In this document: in pieces, positions 20,602-30,395 of the stretch
Layout: each line of letters begins with the position of its first letter
Numbering within the stretch: the stretch's first letter is position 1
Assembly (NCBI GenBank): GCA_944329545.1
Contig: CALVIK010000010.1
Location: forward strand, 1-30,531
Direction: 5' to 3'
Length of the DNA: 30,531 nucleotides
From: an uncultured Bacilli bacterium
GTDB taxonomy: Bacteria > Bacillota_I > Bacilli_A > RF39 > UBA660
Notes under the pieces: model-generated
The model's input: the letters and a program-made list of their open reading frames with translations, nothing else
Told to the model about the DNA's origin: nothing
The model's database searches: none
Translations under genes and position numbers: made by a program

Positions 20602-21022
20602 TTACCTCACCACTTTCTTTTTTTACAAATTTACATTTAATTGGAAGTTTATGCATTGCTAAGCGTAATGCTTCTCTGGCAACCTCTTCACTTACACCAG
20701 CTATTTCAAACATGATTTTTCCGCGTTTTACAACAGCAACCCATTCTTCAGGATTACCTTTACCTTTACCTTGACGAGTTTCAAGCGGTTTTTTCGTTAA
20801 TGATAGGTGTGGGAAAATGTTTATCCATACTTTACCACCACGCTTCATATAACGAGTCATTGCCACTCTGGCTGCTTCAATTTGTCTTTGAGTTATCCAA
20901 GCACCTTCTAATGCTTGAAGTCCATAGTCACCAAAATGAAGTTCTCTATTTCCACGAGCTTCTCCTTCGTATCTTAAACGGTGTGGTCGACGATATTTAG
21001 TTCTTTTTGGTATTACGGCCAT
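20591..21022 (-). CDS. rplP: 50S ribosomal protein L16
   Basis: [25 protein letters not shown]. Confidence 0.98.
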   Translation of the reverse strand: MAVIPKRTKYRRPHRLRYEGEARGNRELHFGDYGLQALEGAWITQRQIEAARVAMTRYMKRGGKVWINIFPHLSLTKKPLETRQGKGKGNPEEWVAVVKRGKIMFEIAGVSEEVAREALRLAMHKLPIKCKFVKKESGEVSDK

Positions 21023-21677
21023 TACTATCGCCTCCCTTGTTTTTCTTTTCCGGAAGAATTTCTCCCTTATAAATCCATACTTTTACGCCAATTTTACCAT
21101 AAGTAGTATTCGCTTCTTTAATCGCATAATCAATATCAGCTCTTAAAGTATGAAGTGGAACTGTTCCTTCAGTATAACTTTCAGTTCTAGCCATTTCGAC
21201 ACCGTTTAATCGTCCTGATACTTGAGTTTTTATTCCTTTAGCTCCTGATTTCATAACATTTCTAATTGCTTTCTTTTGTGCAATTCTAAACGAAACTCTA
21301 TTTTCGATTTGATGAGCGATACTTTCAGCCACTAACGCGGCATCTAAATTTGGTTTTTTAATTTCTTTAATTGAAATATGAATATCGCCATCATCTATTT
21401 TTGCAAGTTCTTTTTTTAGTTTTTCAATTTCATCGCCACCATGACCGATTACAACACCAGGTTTAGCGGTATTAATAATGATTTCTGTCTTGCCGGCTAC
21501 TCTTTCAATAAGAATATTTGAAACTGCTGCGCCACTTAATCTTTTTTCTAGGAATCTACGAATTTCATAATCGCTTTTTAAATATTTTGCTAAATCTTTT
21601 TTATTAGCATACCAATTTGATTCCCAGGTTTTATTAATTCCGATTCTAAGACCGACCGGACTAACTTTTTGACCCAT
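20997..21677 (-). CDS. rpsC: 30S ribosomal protein S3
   Basis: [32 protein letters not shown]. Confidence 0.98.
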   Translation of the reverse strand: MGQKVSPVGLRIGINKTWESNWYANKKDLAKYLKSDYEIRRFLEKRLSGAAVSNILIERVAGKTEIIINTAKPGVVIGHGGDEIEKLKKELAKIDDGDIHISIKEIKKPNLDAALVAESIAHQIENRVSFRIAQKKAIRNVMKSGAKGIKTQVSGRLNGVEMARTESYTEGTVPLHTLRADIDYAIKEANTTYGKIGVKVWIYKGEILPEKKNKGGDSNGRNTKKN

Positions 21678-21695
21678 CAGCTTTTCCTCCTTTAC

Positions 21696-22031
21696 TTAAT
21701 TTTTCTCACTAACAACAACTGTGATATGACTAGATCTTTTTAAAATTGGATTTACTCTTCCTTTTGATCCAGCCTTCATTCTTTTTAATGTTCTTCCTTC
21801 GTTTATATAAGCTTCTTTAACATAAAGATTTTCTTTATCAAGTTCTAAATTGTTTTCAGCATTAGCAACTGCTGAAGTTAAAACTTTTCGAATTGCTCGA
21901 GCGGCTTCTTTATTTAAATTAGCTAAAATATTATCGGCTTCGCTTACGCTTTTTCCGCGTATTAAATCGATAACCAAGCGAGATTTTTTAGGGGCAATTC
22001 TAACACCCTTTGCTATTGCTCTAGCTTCCAT
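21696..22031 (-). CDS. rplV: 50S ribosomal protein L22
   Basis: RIAPKKSRLVIDLIRG, SAVANAENN, SSHITV. Confidence 0.98.
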   Translation of the reverse strand: MEARAIAKGVRIAPKKSRLVIDLIRGKSVSEADNILANLNKEAARAIRKVLTSAVANAENNLELDKENLYVKEAYINEGRTLKRMKAGSKGRVNPILKRSSHITVVVSEKN

Positions 22032-22049
22032 ATTCTGTCTCCTTTCCGG

Positions 22050-22322
22050 TTATTTTTTCTTTTTATCATCGCCGTGTCCGCCAAACTTACGAGTAGCAGC
22101 GAACTCTCCTAACTTATGTCCAACCATATCTTCTGTTACATAAACAGGAATAAATTCTTTACCATTATGAACAGCAAATGTGTGTCCAATAAAATCAGGA
22201 TAAATTGTAGAACGGCGTGACCAAGTTTTTATTACTTCTTTTTTACCATTTTCATTCATTTCTTTGACCTTTTTTAAAAGTCTATCAAAGACATAAGGTC
22301 CTTTTTTTAAACTTCTAGCCAT
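22050..22322 (-). CDS. rpsS: 30S ribosomal protein S19
   Basis: [22 protein letters not shown]. Confidence 0.98.
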   Translation of the reverse strand: MARSLKKGPYVFDRLLKKVKEMNENGKKEVIKTWSRRSTIYPDFIGHTFAVHNGKEFIPVYVTEDMVGHKLGEFAATRKFGGHGDDKKKK

Positions 22323-22339
22323 TTATAAACCATCCTTTC

Positions 22340-23167
22340 TTATTTTCTGCGGCGAACAATTAATTTGTTTGAAGCCTTTTTCTTATTACGCGTTTTATAT
22401 CCAAGAGCCGGTTTACCCCAAGGAGTAACTGGACCCTTACGACCGATTGGCGCGCGTCCTTCACCACCACCATGTGGGTGATCGTTAGGGTTCATAACAG
22501 AACCACGAACTGTTGGGCGAATACCCAAATGTCTTTTACGACCAGCTTTTCCTAAATTTACTAAGTTATAATCAGCATTACCAACTTCACCAATAGTAGC
22601 ACGGCAAACGCTTAAAACTTTTCTTACTTCACCACTATTTAAACGAAGTAAAGTATATTTTCCTTCATGGCCAAGAATTTGTACGCTTGTTCCAGCACTT
22701 CTTGCCATTTGACCACCTTTGCCAGGTTTTAATTCAATATTGTGTACTAATGTACCTTCAGGAATATTTCCAAGTGGCAAACTATTACCAACTTTAATAT
22801 CAGCGTGTTCACCACTTTCAATTTTCATTCCTACTTTTAAGCCTTTAGGGGCGATTATATATCTTTTTTCGCCATCGGCATAATTAATTAAAGCAATGTT
22901 AGCACTTCTATTTGGATCGTACTCAATACTAGCAACAGTACCAATAACACCGTCTTTATTTCTTTTAAAATCAATAATACGATATTTTCTTTTGGCTCCG
23001 CCACCATGATGTCTTACAGTTATTTTTCCTTGATTGTTACGACCACCTGATTTTTTAACTGTTACAACTAATGATTTTTCCGGAGTTTTTTTAGTAATTT
23101 CTTCATTTACTAAAGTTGTCATTCCTCTACGGCCATTAGTTATTGGTTTATATGATTTTATAGCCAT
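22340..23167 (-). CDS. rplB: 50S ribosomal protein L2
   Basis: [24 protein letters not shown]. Confidence 0.98.
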   Translation of the reverse strand: MAIKSYKPITNGRRGMTTLVNEEITKKTPEKSLVVTVKKSGGRNNQGKITVRHHGGGAKRKYRIIDFKRNKDGVIGTVASIEYDPNRSANIALINYADGEKRYIIAPKGLKVGMKIESGEHADIKVGNSLPLGNIPEGTLVHNIELKPGKGGQMARSAGTSVQILGHEGKYTLLRLNSGEVRKVLSVCRATIGEVGNADYNLVNLGKAGRKRHLGIRPTVRGSVMNPNDHPHGGGEGRAPIGRKGPVTPWGKPALGYKTRNKKKASNKLIVRRRK

Positions 23168-23185
23168 ACTATTCCTCCTATCAGA

Positions 23186-23458
23186 TTAAAGTTCGATTGA
23201 ACTTCCTTCTTTTAATTTAACAATTGCTTTTTTTACTTTATTTGTTTTACCAGCATAACGGCCCACTCTTCTTGTTTTAGGTTTTGTATTAATAGTATTA
23301 ACACTTTCTACTTTAACATCGAAGATGTTTTCCACTGCTTGTTTAATTTGTGTTTTATTAGCACGAATATCAACACTAAAAGTGATAACATTGTTTTTTG
23401 CTAAATCAGAAGATTTTTCTGTAACGATTGGCGCTTTAATAATATCACGGTAATTCAT
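23186..23458 (-). CDS. rplW: 50S ribosomal protein L23
   Basis: [25 protein letters not shown]. Confidence 0.98.
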   Translation of the reverse strand: MNYRDIIKAPIVTEKSSDLAKNNVITFSVDIRANKTQIKQAVENIFDVKVESVNTINTKPKTRRVGRYAGKTNKVKKAIVKLKEGSSIEL

Positions 23459-24081
23459 TAACCAAGCACCTCCTCTACTGCTTTAATAGCGTCTGTTGTA
23501 ATTACTAAAGTATCAGCAGCAATTACATCTAAAACGCTGATTTCGTTAGTTCCAAGTAATACCGTATTCGGAATATTACGCGAAGCTAAGATAACATTGT
23601 CATCAAGTTCGTTTGTAACGATTAAAATGTTTTTACTAGCTTTAATAGCAGCTAACACTTTTAACATTTCTTTTGTTTTATTGCTTTCTAATTTTAAATT
23701 ATCTAAAGCAATAATTTCTTTATTAATGTTTTTATAAGCTAAAGCTGATTTTAAAGCTAATACTCTTTCTTTTCTATTTTGTTTTTTATTATATTTTCTT
23801 GGATGTGGTCCAAATACAATCCCACCACCTGGGTAATGTGGCGCTCTTATAGAGCCTTGTCTTGCATGACCAGTTCCTTTTTGACGGTAAGGTTTTCTTC
23901 CGCCACCACTTACTTCACTACGGGTTTTTGTATCATGAGTTCCTTGTCTCCTAGAAGCCATTGCTAAAACGATAGCATCATATAATACAGCATCGTTTGG
24001 TGTAATGTCCCAAACATTTTTATTTAAAGTAATCTCACTTACTTTTTCACCTTTAATATTTAATACAGCTAATTTTCCCAT
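23458..24081 (-). CDS. rplD: 50S ribosomal protein L4
   Basis: [26 protein letters not shown]; start likely ATG 24081. Confidence 0.98.
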   Translation of the reverse strand: MGKLAVLNIKGEKVSEITLNKNVWDITPNDAVLYDAIVLAMASRRQGTHDTKTRSEVSGGGRKPYRQKGTGHARQGSIRAPHYPGGGIVFGPHPRKYNKKQNRKERVLALKSALAYKNINKEIIALDNLKLESNKTKEMLKVLAAIKASKNILIVTNELDDNVILASRNIPNTVLLGTNEISVLDVIAADTLVITTDAIKAVEEVLG

Positions 24082-24082
24082 A

Positions 24083-24823
24083 TTATTCACCTGCTTTTTC
24101 TTCCTTTGAAGTTTCTTCTACTACCGTATTTTCTACTGGAGCTTCTTTAACTTCTTCTTTAACCCAAGATACAAGTTCTGGTCTTTCATTAACTTTACCC
24201 ATATTTTTAACCGCACTTTTGATAATAACTAATGATTTTTTAGGACCTGGAATATTTCCTTTTACTAAAATAACATTATTTTCTGTATCAACTTTTACGA
24301 TTTCCAAATTTTGAATAGTTACTGTAAGTGTTCCCATGTGACCAGGTAATTTTTTACCTTTAAATACACGCATTGGTCTCATTGTACCCATTGAACCTGG
24401 GCGTCTATGATAATGTGACCCATGGCCCATTGGCCCTCTTTGTTGGCCATGTCTTTTAATAACACCTTGGAACCCTTTACCCTTAGTAGTTCCTGTGACA
24501 TCGACCATTTCACCTCTAGTGAAAATATCAGCTGTGATTTCCTCACCTAGAGTATAATCATCAGTATTCACACCTCTAATTTCTTTAAAGAAGCGCTTAG
24601 GTGTAGTGTTTGCTTTATTGGTAATTCCAATAGAAGCTTTTGTCGCTAACTTTTCTCTTTTAGTATCAAAACCAAGTTGAATAGCATCGTAACCATCAGT
24701 TTCTTTTGTTTTTATTTGTGTTACAACATTAGGAGTAACTTCAACAACAGTTACGGGAATAAGTTTACCATCTTGATCAAATACTTCAGTCATTCCTAAT
24801 TTACGACCTAAGATTCCTTTCAT
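24083..24823 (-). CDS. rplC: 50S ribosomal protein L3 with acidic C-terminal extension
   Basis: [31 protein letters not shown]; start ATG 24823 (or 24829). Confidence 0.98.
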   Translation of the reverse strand: MKGILGRKLGMTEVFDQDGKLIPVTVVEVTPNVVTQIKTKETDGYDAIQLGFDTKREKLATKASIGITNKANTTPKRFFKEIRGVNTDDYTLGEEITADIFTRGEMVDVTGTTKGKGFQGVIKRHGQQRGPMGHGSHYHRRPGSMGTMRPMRVFKGKKLPGHMGTLTVTIQNLEIVKVDTENNVILVKGNIPGPKKSLVIIKSAVKNMGKVNERPELVSWVKEEVKEAPVENTVVEETSKEEKAGE

Positions 24824-24834
24824 ATACATTCCTC

Positions 24835-25143
24835 CTATAATTTAATTTGAATATCAACACCGCTTGGAATATCTAAATGCGTTAAAGCATCGATAGTCTC
24901 CTTACTTGGATTATTGATATCAATAAGTCTTTTATGTGTTCTTCTTTCAAATTGTTCACGCGAATCTTTATATTTGTGAACCGCTCTTAAAATTGTGATT
25001 TTTTCTACTTCAGTTGGAAGTGGTACTGGACCACTAACTTCGCCGCCAGTTCTTTTAACTGTGTTCACAATTTTAGCGCACGCCGCATCTAAATTTTTAT
25101 GTTCAAATGCTTTTAGCTTAATACGAACTTTTTGTTTAGACAT
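24835..25143 (-). CDS. rpsJ: 30S ribosomal protein S10
   Basis: [24 protein letters not shown]; start moved to ATG 25143. Confidence 0.98.
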   Translation of the reverse strand: MSKQKVRIKLKAFEHKNLDAACAKIVNTVKRTGGEVSGPVPLPTEVEKITILRAVHKYKDSREQFERRTHKRLIDINNPSKETIDALTHLDIPSGVDIQIKL

Positions 25144-25149
25144 TATTGT

Positions 25150-25270
25150 ATCCTCCTCTCGCCTATATCTAGTATAGACATGCTCCGTACGAAAACCCAA
25201 TACTAAGTTAATTTATTTAGCAACTTAACCTGGTGTATCAGCAACCTCGCACATCAACGCAGCCACACAT
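25150..25270 (-). promoter_or_regulatory. Firmicute S10 (rpsJ) leader RNA
   Basis: GAGGTTGCTGATACACC motif resembling Bacilli S10 leaders, in a GC-richer UTR between promoter and RBS. Confidence 0.6.
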
Positions 25271-25275
25271 AATTA

Positions 25276-25304
25276 ATTTTACAACAAAATTATATGAAAA
25301 TCAA
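25276..25304 (-). promoter_or_regulatory. S10 operon promoter
   Basis: TTGATT-N17-TAAAAT. Confidence 0.7.
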
Positions 25305-25341
25305 TAGTTTTTTAGAAGTTTTTTTACATTTTTGTACAAAA

Positions 25342-25363
25342 TAAAAAGAAGATAAAAATCTTC
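25342..25363 (-). terminator. lemA-DUF2207 terminator
   Basis: GAAGAT-TTTT-ATCTTC hairpin followed by a T run. Confidence 0.55.
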
Positions 25364-27259
25364 CTACCATGAGCTTCCGCCGCCTCCACCAGAACCACCG
25401 CCAGATGAGCCACCGCCACCAGAAGATGATGAAGGACTAGAAGTCATAGCTGAGGCTGCTGAAGACATTGTATCGTTCATAAAAGTACTGAAAGTCGCAT
25501 AACTAAAAGCGGCATTACCATAATACCAAGTTGGCGGTTCTAAAGTAATATTTTCAAATTGTTTTATCCATTTATCAGAAATCCCCAAAACATAAGTGTA
25601 AGGCAATATGTCATAAAAGTAAGTTGGTTTTTCCATAACTAAAGTTTCTAATTTTTCTTTTTCAGCAGTTTCTAAGAAATTTTTAAAGCCTTTTATTTTA
25701 CCTAACATTTCATTACCATATTTAGTTCTTTTTGGCAAATATTTTAAACACATAATCATACCCAAAATTGTTATTACTCCAATTATATAAATAATTAAAT
25801 AAATGTAATTAATAAGTAATGATGGTAAAACAAAAATTATAAACGGAATTCCACCAAATAAAACTCCCCAAAAAATTCCAAATATTTTTGTCAAAATAGA
25901 TGAACGGCGTGGCTTGCCATTAACATAAATGTTATTAGATTCGCTAAAAAGCATATAGAACATAATCGTAAAGCCAAATCCTGGAAAAATTAAAGCGGGG
26001 ATTAAAGTGCCTTGCTCACCATACTCTAAATATGGTGGAATAGTTATTAAACAAAATGTGGCAATAAGCATTAAGATGATAAATATTCTTTTATTACTTG
26101 CCGATTTTTCAAAGATTTTATTTTTGTTTTCTTTAGTATTAACGCTTTGTAATATTTTATTAACTGTTAGATAAAAATTATCTTGCAAATCAGACAAAGT
26201 TACTTCTGAAGTTGGAACATTATTTTGTTCAAAAAGGCTAATTTTAGGAGTGAAAAGACCATTTAAAAAGGCTTTTTCTTCTGGATTATTCCCATCATAT
26301 TCTTTTACTTTTGTAATTTTAAAACTTTTTGTTTTAACAAATAATACTTTTTCTTCGATTTCGGTAATTTTAATATATCCTTTATTCGCTAAATAAATAA
26401 GTAAAGAAACTACATCAAAATTATCAGCTTTCCCTTTATATAAAAAGCCTAGTTCTAAACTATTAAAACCTTCTGGCGGATAAAATTCCACAGTTTCAAT
26501 TACTTCTTCATCTCTACCAAATTTGTGCCATAAAAATATAGAAATAAGCAAGAATATTATTGGTAATATTATACAAATAATATTTATAATGTTAAAAGTG
26601 TTCCCTTCTGGCGTAAAATAACCTTCTGGTAGTTCTAATCTAATATTTATACCTTCATAAGCGTTTAAGGTATCATAATAAGCTCCAGTTATGACTTTAT
26701 CATTAACTGTATAATAAATATTATCGGTGCCTACTGTTCCAGCTTTTCCTGTTGAAAAGCCTAATTTTGTTTCATCAAATTTTTTAGGCATGGTTATTTC
26801 AAAGGTTACATTACTAATACTAGTATCCCATTTTGTACCAATTAAATTATAATAAAATTCATCATAAGCTGTCGTATGGTCTTTGCCAAGGGCATAATCG
26901 TAACTAATAGTATAAGTGTGCATGCCAGTAACGGTTTTATCAGCATCACCTATTTGAATGATTTTTTGATTGTTTTCGTTATAAACTTCAAAAGTAGCAT
27001 CAACATCAATGTTACTTATTTTTGCATAGTTAGTTTCTTTTGTTCCATCTTCTCTATTTATTTCATTACGCATCGGTAAAGAGCGTTTTATACCATGTTT
27101 AGGTACATTAAAATTAGCTGTTATCACTTCTTTAATATTAAAAGTATTATTTTCATTTACTTTAATTTTAACATCGTAATTAGTGATTTCATAATCACTA
27201 GCATTTACTGTAAATGGAAAAACAAATAAACAAATTAAAACAAAAATTGCTTTTTTCAT
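25364..27259 (-). CDS. DUF2207-family membrane protein
   Basis: Signal peptide, EFYYNLIGTKW, several TM helices, IKGFKNFL, Gly/Ser tail ending GGGSSW; coupled to lemA. Confidence 0.85.
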   Translation of the reverse strand: MKKAIFVLICLFVFPFTVNASDYEITNYDVKIKVNENNTFNIKEVITANFNVPKHGIKRSLPMRNEINREDGTKETNYAKISNIDVDATFEVYNENNQKIIQIGDADKTVTGMHTYTISYDYALGKDHTTAYDEFYYNLIGTKWDTSISNVTFEITMPKKFDETKLGFSTGKAGTVGTDNIYYTVNDKVITGAYYDTLNAYEGINIRLELPEGYFTPEGNTFNIINIICIILPIIFLLISIFLWHKFGRDEEVIETVEFYPPEGFNSLELGFLYKGKADNFDVVSLLIYLANKGYIKITEIEEKVLFVKTKSFKITKVKEYDGNNPEEKAFLNGLFTPKISLFEQNNVPTSEVTLSDLQDNFYLTVNKILQSVNTKENKNKIFEKSASNKRIFIILMLIATFCLITIPPYLEYGEQGTLIPALIFPGFGFTIMFYMLFSESNNIYVNGKPRRSSILTKIFGIFWGVLFGGIPFIIFVLPSLLINYIYLIIYIIGVITILGMIMCLKYLPKRTKYGNEMLGKIKGFKNFLETAEKEKLETLVMEKPTYFYDILPYTYVLGISDKWIKQFENITLEPPTWYYGNAAFSYATFSTFMNDTMSSAASAMTSSPSSSSGGGGSSGGGSGGGGGSSW

Positions 27260-27801
27260 AGTTCCACCTGCACGCTTTCTCTTTCGCTAGCTTTAGCTTC
27301 AAACCATTTTTTAGAAGTGTAACCAAATATTTTAGCTAAAATACTATTAGGAAACATTTCAACTTTATTATTAAATTGCCGAACGCAACCATTATAGTAT
27401 TTTCTAGCATTAGCGATATCATTTTCAATATTTGTTAATTCTTCGCTTAATTTTAAGAAATTATTATTGGCTTTTAATTCAGGATAATTTTCAGCTATAG
27501 CCATTATTTTACCAATATAAGCATTAATTTTATTACTAGTATTTAATCTTTCTTTATAAGATAAAGCCTCATAATTAATTTTTCTTAAATTGGTAATTTC
27601 CCTTAAAGTTTGGCTTTCATAAGTAGCATAACCTTTAACAGTTTCTACTAAATTAGGAACCAAATCCCATCTTTTTTTTAAATAAATATCCATTGTAGAA
27701 AATGCTTCTTCAACTTTATTGTCGATCCTTACAAAAGCATTATACATAATAAAAACATAAATTAAAATTATTAAAATAATTCCTACGACTACATATAGCA
27801 T
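27256..27801 (-). CDS. lemA: LemA family protein
   Basis: N-terminal TM, LKKRWDLVPNLVETVKGYA, ENYPELKAN, RKYYN, FPNSILA. Confidence 0.93.
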   Translation of the reverse strand: MLYVVVGIILIILIYVFIMYNAFVRIDNKVEEAFSTMDIYLKKRWDLVPNLVETVKGYATYESQTLREITNLRKINYEALSYKERLNTSNKINAYIGKIMAIAENYPELKANNNFLKLSEELTNIENDIANARKYYNGCVRQFNNKVEMFPNSILAKIFGYTSKKWFEAKASERESVQVEL

Positions 27802-27908
27802 ATAACCACCTCTATTTTAAGTTTATCATATTGTTTAAAAGATAACAATAATTTTAAAAAAATAGTTGCTTTTTATAAAAAATAAGTTACCGATTAATTA
27901 ACCAATAA

Positions 27909-29033
27909 CTAGATAAATTTAATATTATTTTGATATATGTAATAACAATTACCATATTTAAAATGAGTTTTATAACTATTACTTATTTGTAAACTTTTTT
28001 CTTTAGAAATTATTCCTTTTTTAATAGCTTTCATTTTTCTTTTAAATCTTTTTTTAATATCATTTCTAACTTTCATAATTAATTTATTATTAATGATATA
28101 AAATCTAAAACCTAAAAAATCGATACCTTCTTTTGTAACATTTATTATTTTAGTTTTATTATTTAATTTTAATTGATATTTTTTTATTAGTTTTTGAATT
28201 TCTTCTAAACAATATTTTAAGTATTCTTTATTATTACTAAGTAATACCCCATCATCCATATACCTTATATAATATTTTATTTTTAACTTTTCTTTTATAT
28301 AATGATCAAGTTCATTCAAATAAAAAATAGCTAATATTTGACTGGTCATATTACCAATAGGTAAGCCTTTACCTTGTTCATATAAAGGAATTCTTTGTAT
28401 TTCTTCTATTCTTTGTGATTTTATTTTTTCATTTAAATTAGATTTTTTTACTTTTAAAAGTTCTTTTTCTTTTAATTTATTAATTTCATCATTTACATAT
28501 TCTCTATCGGTTGAATTTATTATATTAGTTAAAATATTAATAACACATTTATCCTTTATTTTACTTTTTAATAATTTTATTAATATTGAATGATCAATAC
28601 TATAAAAGTATTTACTAATATCAAACTTTAAAGCATATATAGTGCTTCCTTTTAACTCATTTAAATATTTTTTTAAATATTTAATACCATAATGAGTTCC
28701 TTTGCCCTTTCTAGTAGCCACATTAGTATTTATTAAGCTTTTATCTAAAACAGGTAATAAAAATTTACAAGCTACTACATGATTAATTAATTTATCAAAT
28801 ATACTTTGACTCATTATTATTCGGTACTTTGGTTCTCTTATCAAAAAAATATTATAAATACCACCATTATAGTTATTATCATCAAAAACCTTTTTTACTC
28901 TAGCAATATTAATAGAATAAAACTCTTCAAATTTATAAATTTTATATTTATTTTTAGTATTACTTCTTACTTTTTTATAAATTTCATTAATATCATTAAT
29001 ACTAACATTGTATAAATTATTATATCTTTTCAT
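27909..29033 (-). CDS. DGR reverse transcriptase
   Basis: KFDISKYFYSIDH, GLPIGNMTSQILA, YYIRYMDD, GIDFLGFRF; no maturase/endonuclease domain; start likely ATG 29033. Confidence 0.95.
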   Translation of the reverse strand: MKRYNNLYNVSINDINEIYKKVRSNTKNKYKIYKFEEFYSINIARVKKVFDDNNYNGGIYNIFLIREPKYRIIMSQSIFDKLINHVVACKFLLPVLDKSLINTNVATRKGKGTHYGIKYLKKYLNELKGSTIYALKFDISKYFYSIDHSILIKLLKSKIKDKCVINILTNIINSTDREYVNDEINKLKEKELLKVKKSNLNEKIKSQRIEEIQRIPLYEQGKGLPIGNMTSQILAIFYLNELDHYIKEKLKIKYYIRYMDDGVLLSNNKEYLKYCLEEIQKLIKKYQLKLNNKTKIINVTKEGIDFLGFRFYIINNKLIMKVRNDIKKRFKRKMKAIKKGIISKEKSLQISNSYKTHFKYGNCYYIYQNNIKFI

Positions 29034-29361
29034 ACTTAATCCACCCATATATTAGTTTTAGATTATTAAGCAAATGATTACATACCTTTTGGTACTTCTT
29101 ATAAGAAATATATTTTTTATCACAAGATATTTTTAAATAAAAATCTATCATTTTAATTTTACTAACAATTTTCTTTTGATATAAAACCCTATTATAATTA
29201 TTAACCTCATTAGCCATATACATATATTCTAAAACATCATACATCGCATGACTTATTTTATCTTTTAAAACTTTTTCATTATTAGGAAAATTAACAATTA
29301 TTTTATCTAAATAAAGAATAGTTTTTTTAAAATTAGAAATTATTTTTAAATTATCTTTCAT
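29020..29361 (-). CDS. avd: Accessory variability determinant (Avd-like four-helix bundle)
   Basis: 113 aa, basic, helical, FP..EK.VL.DKI and terminal IYGWIK pattern; overlaps the RT start. Confidence 0.85.
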   Translation of the reverse strand: MKDNLKIISNFKKTILYLDKIIVNFPNNEKVLKDKISHAMYDVLEYMYMANEVNNYNRVLYQKKIVSKIKMIDFYLKISCDKKYISYKKYQKVCNHLLNNLKLIYGWIKYEKI

Positions 29362-29759
29362 AATATATCCTCAATTCTATTTAATATTTGATTAATATTA
29401 GATTTTTCCTTTAAAACATTAAGTTTACTATAAATATTATTTATTCTTTCATCAAGAGATAAATTTTTGTTTAAAAATTCATTATAATTATTTTTATTAA
29501 ATTTTTTTCTGATAATCTCTTTATCAATAATTAAATAGTTAATTTTAAATTTATTTAATTTTGTAATAACTTTATCATAACTATTAACAGGAAAACCAAC
29601 TTGTTTAACATTGTTAATATTTCTTATTTTATAATTAAATAAATTATTTAAAATATAAGCATCTTCATTATAAGTTTCGTAAAAAATACCAACCTTAATT
29701 AAAATAACATATTTTGAATATTTTGCTTTATTTTCATTATATACATCAATAACTTTCAT
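29358..29759 (-). CDS. Stand-alone MutS domain I-like DGR accessory protein (133 aa)
   Basis: YVILIKVGIFYETYNEDA...VGFPVNSYDKVITKL matches the MutS N-terminal pattern; RBS before ATG 29759; ATGA-type overlap with avd. Confidence 0.75.
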   Translation of the reverse strand: MKVIDVYNENKAKYSKYVILIKVGIFYETYNEDAYILNNLFNYKIRNINNVKQVGFPVNSYDKVITKLNKFKINYLIIDKEIIRKKFNKNNYNEFLNKNLSLDERINNIYSKLNVLKEKSNINQILNRIEDIL

Positions 29760-30121
29760 ACTACACCCTTCCTTGTATAAATATTTAAAAATAAAAGCAG
29801 TATCTATAGCAAGAACTACTATCAAAGTTTATATTTTTAATAAATATAAACCTTTAATATTATTCTCACTATATTTTGATACTGCTTAAAATATAGTTTT
29901 TATCATATCATATCTTTTTCAAAATTTCTAAATTTATAGTTTTTCATTCGAAATAATTATAAACTTTTTTTATTAGAGATATCTCTGACTATATTTATTT
30001 TTTTGTAAATGATTTTATTAACGGTATATGAAACCCTAACCATTTACAAGGGATAATACTTATTCTCTAATCTTTTCTTTATGACCTTATTGGTTCATAA
30101 ACCATAGTCTTTTAGAGAGTT

Positions 30122-30229
30122 GGCCGGCCGAACACCGTTAGAATTGTTCGCGTTGTTGTTGTTGAGGTTGCCATCGTCATTGACATTCCAAACTTGATTG
30201 GAATTATCAGCATTAGGCGAGAGGAATAA
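30122..30229 (-). repeat. DGR template repeat (TR)
   Basis: Non-coding AAY-rich repeat reading LFLSPNADNSNQVWNVNDDGNLNNNNANNSNGVRPA; 30122-30182 aligns to the VR. Confidence 0.93.
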
Positions 30230-30279
30230 CAGTCCTAATTCATTAGTATTACCCCATATTGATATCCCCATTTTTTTCG

Positions 30280-30311
30280 TTCCGGTTTCTCCGTAGGCGA
30301 GGAAACCGGAA
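30280..30311. other. GC-rich hairpin 1 between target gene and TR
   Basis: TTCCGGTTTC / GAAACCGGAA perfect 10-bp inverted repeat. Confidence 0.7.
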
Positions 30312-30345
30312 GTTTTCGAGACATCGCTTTCGCTCGTCCCGTTCC

Positions 30346-30370
30346 CAAACTCATGCGTTGCATGAGCTTG
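30346..30370. other. GC-rich hairpin 2 downstream of the target stop
   Basis: CTCATGC-GTT-GCATGAG 7-bp stem, 3-nt loop, extendable by CAA/TTG across one mismatch. Confidence 0.65.
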
Positions 30371-30395
30371 CCATTTATGTCATATATTTAGTGTT

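Noticed and set aside
500-29015. Short overlapping ORFs in the track (e.g. 500-706, 5096-5281, 8310-8594, 12558-12917, 14135-14329, 14645-15019, 16872-17333, 21850-22143, 26876-27079, 28806-29015)
   Set aside because: All lie antisense or out of frame within well-supported conserved genes and show no recognisable motifs.
27909-29033. RT as group II intron, retron or Abi RT
   Set aside because: No maturase/endonuclease domain or intron domain V; Avd and an adenine-specific TR/VR pair identify a DGR.
4006-29825. Long N-terminal extensions on rluA, rplM, truA, ecfA1, rpoA, rpsM, rplF, rpsJ, RT and the MutS-like ORF
   Set aside because: Artefacts of longest-ORF calling; downstream ATGs match homologue starts and most have a clear RBS.
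30150-30165. (GTT)4 run as microsatellite or CRISPR-like repeat
   Set aside because: It is the AAC codon run of the TR; no repeat-spacer array or cas genes are present.
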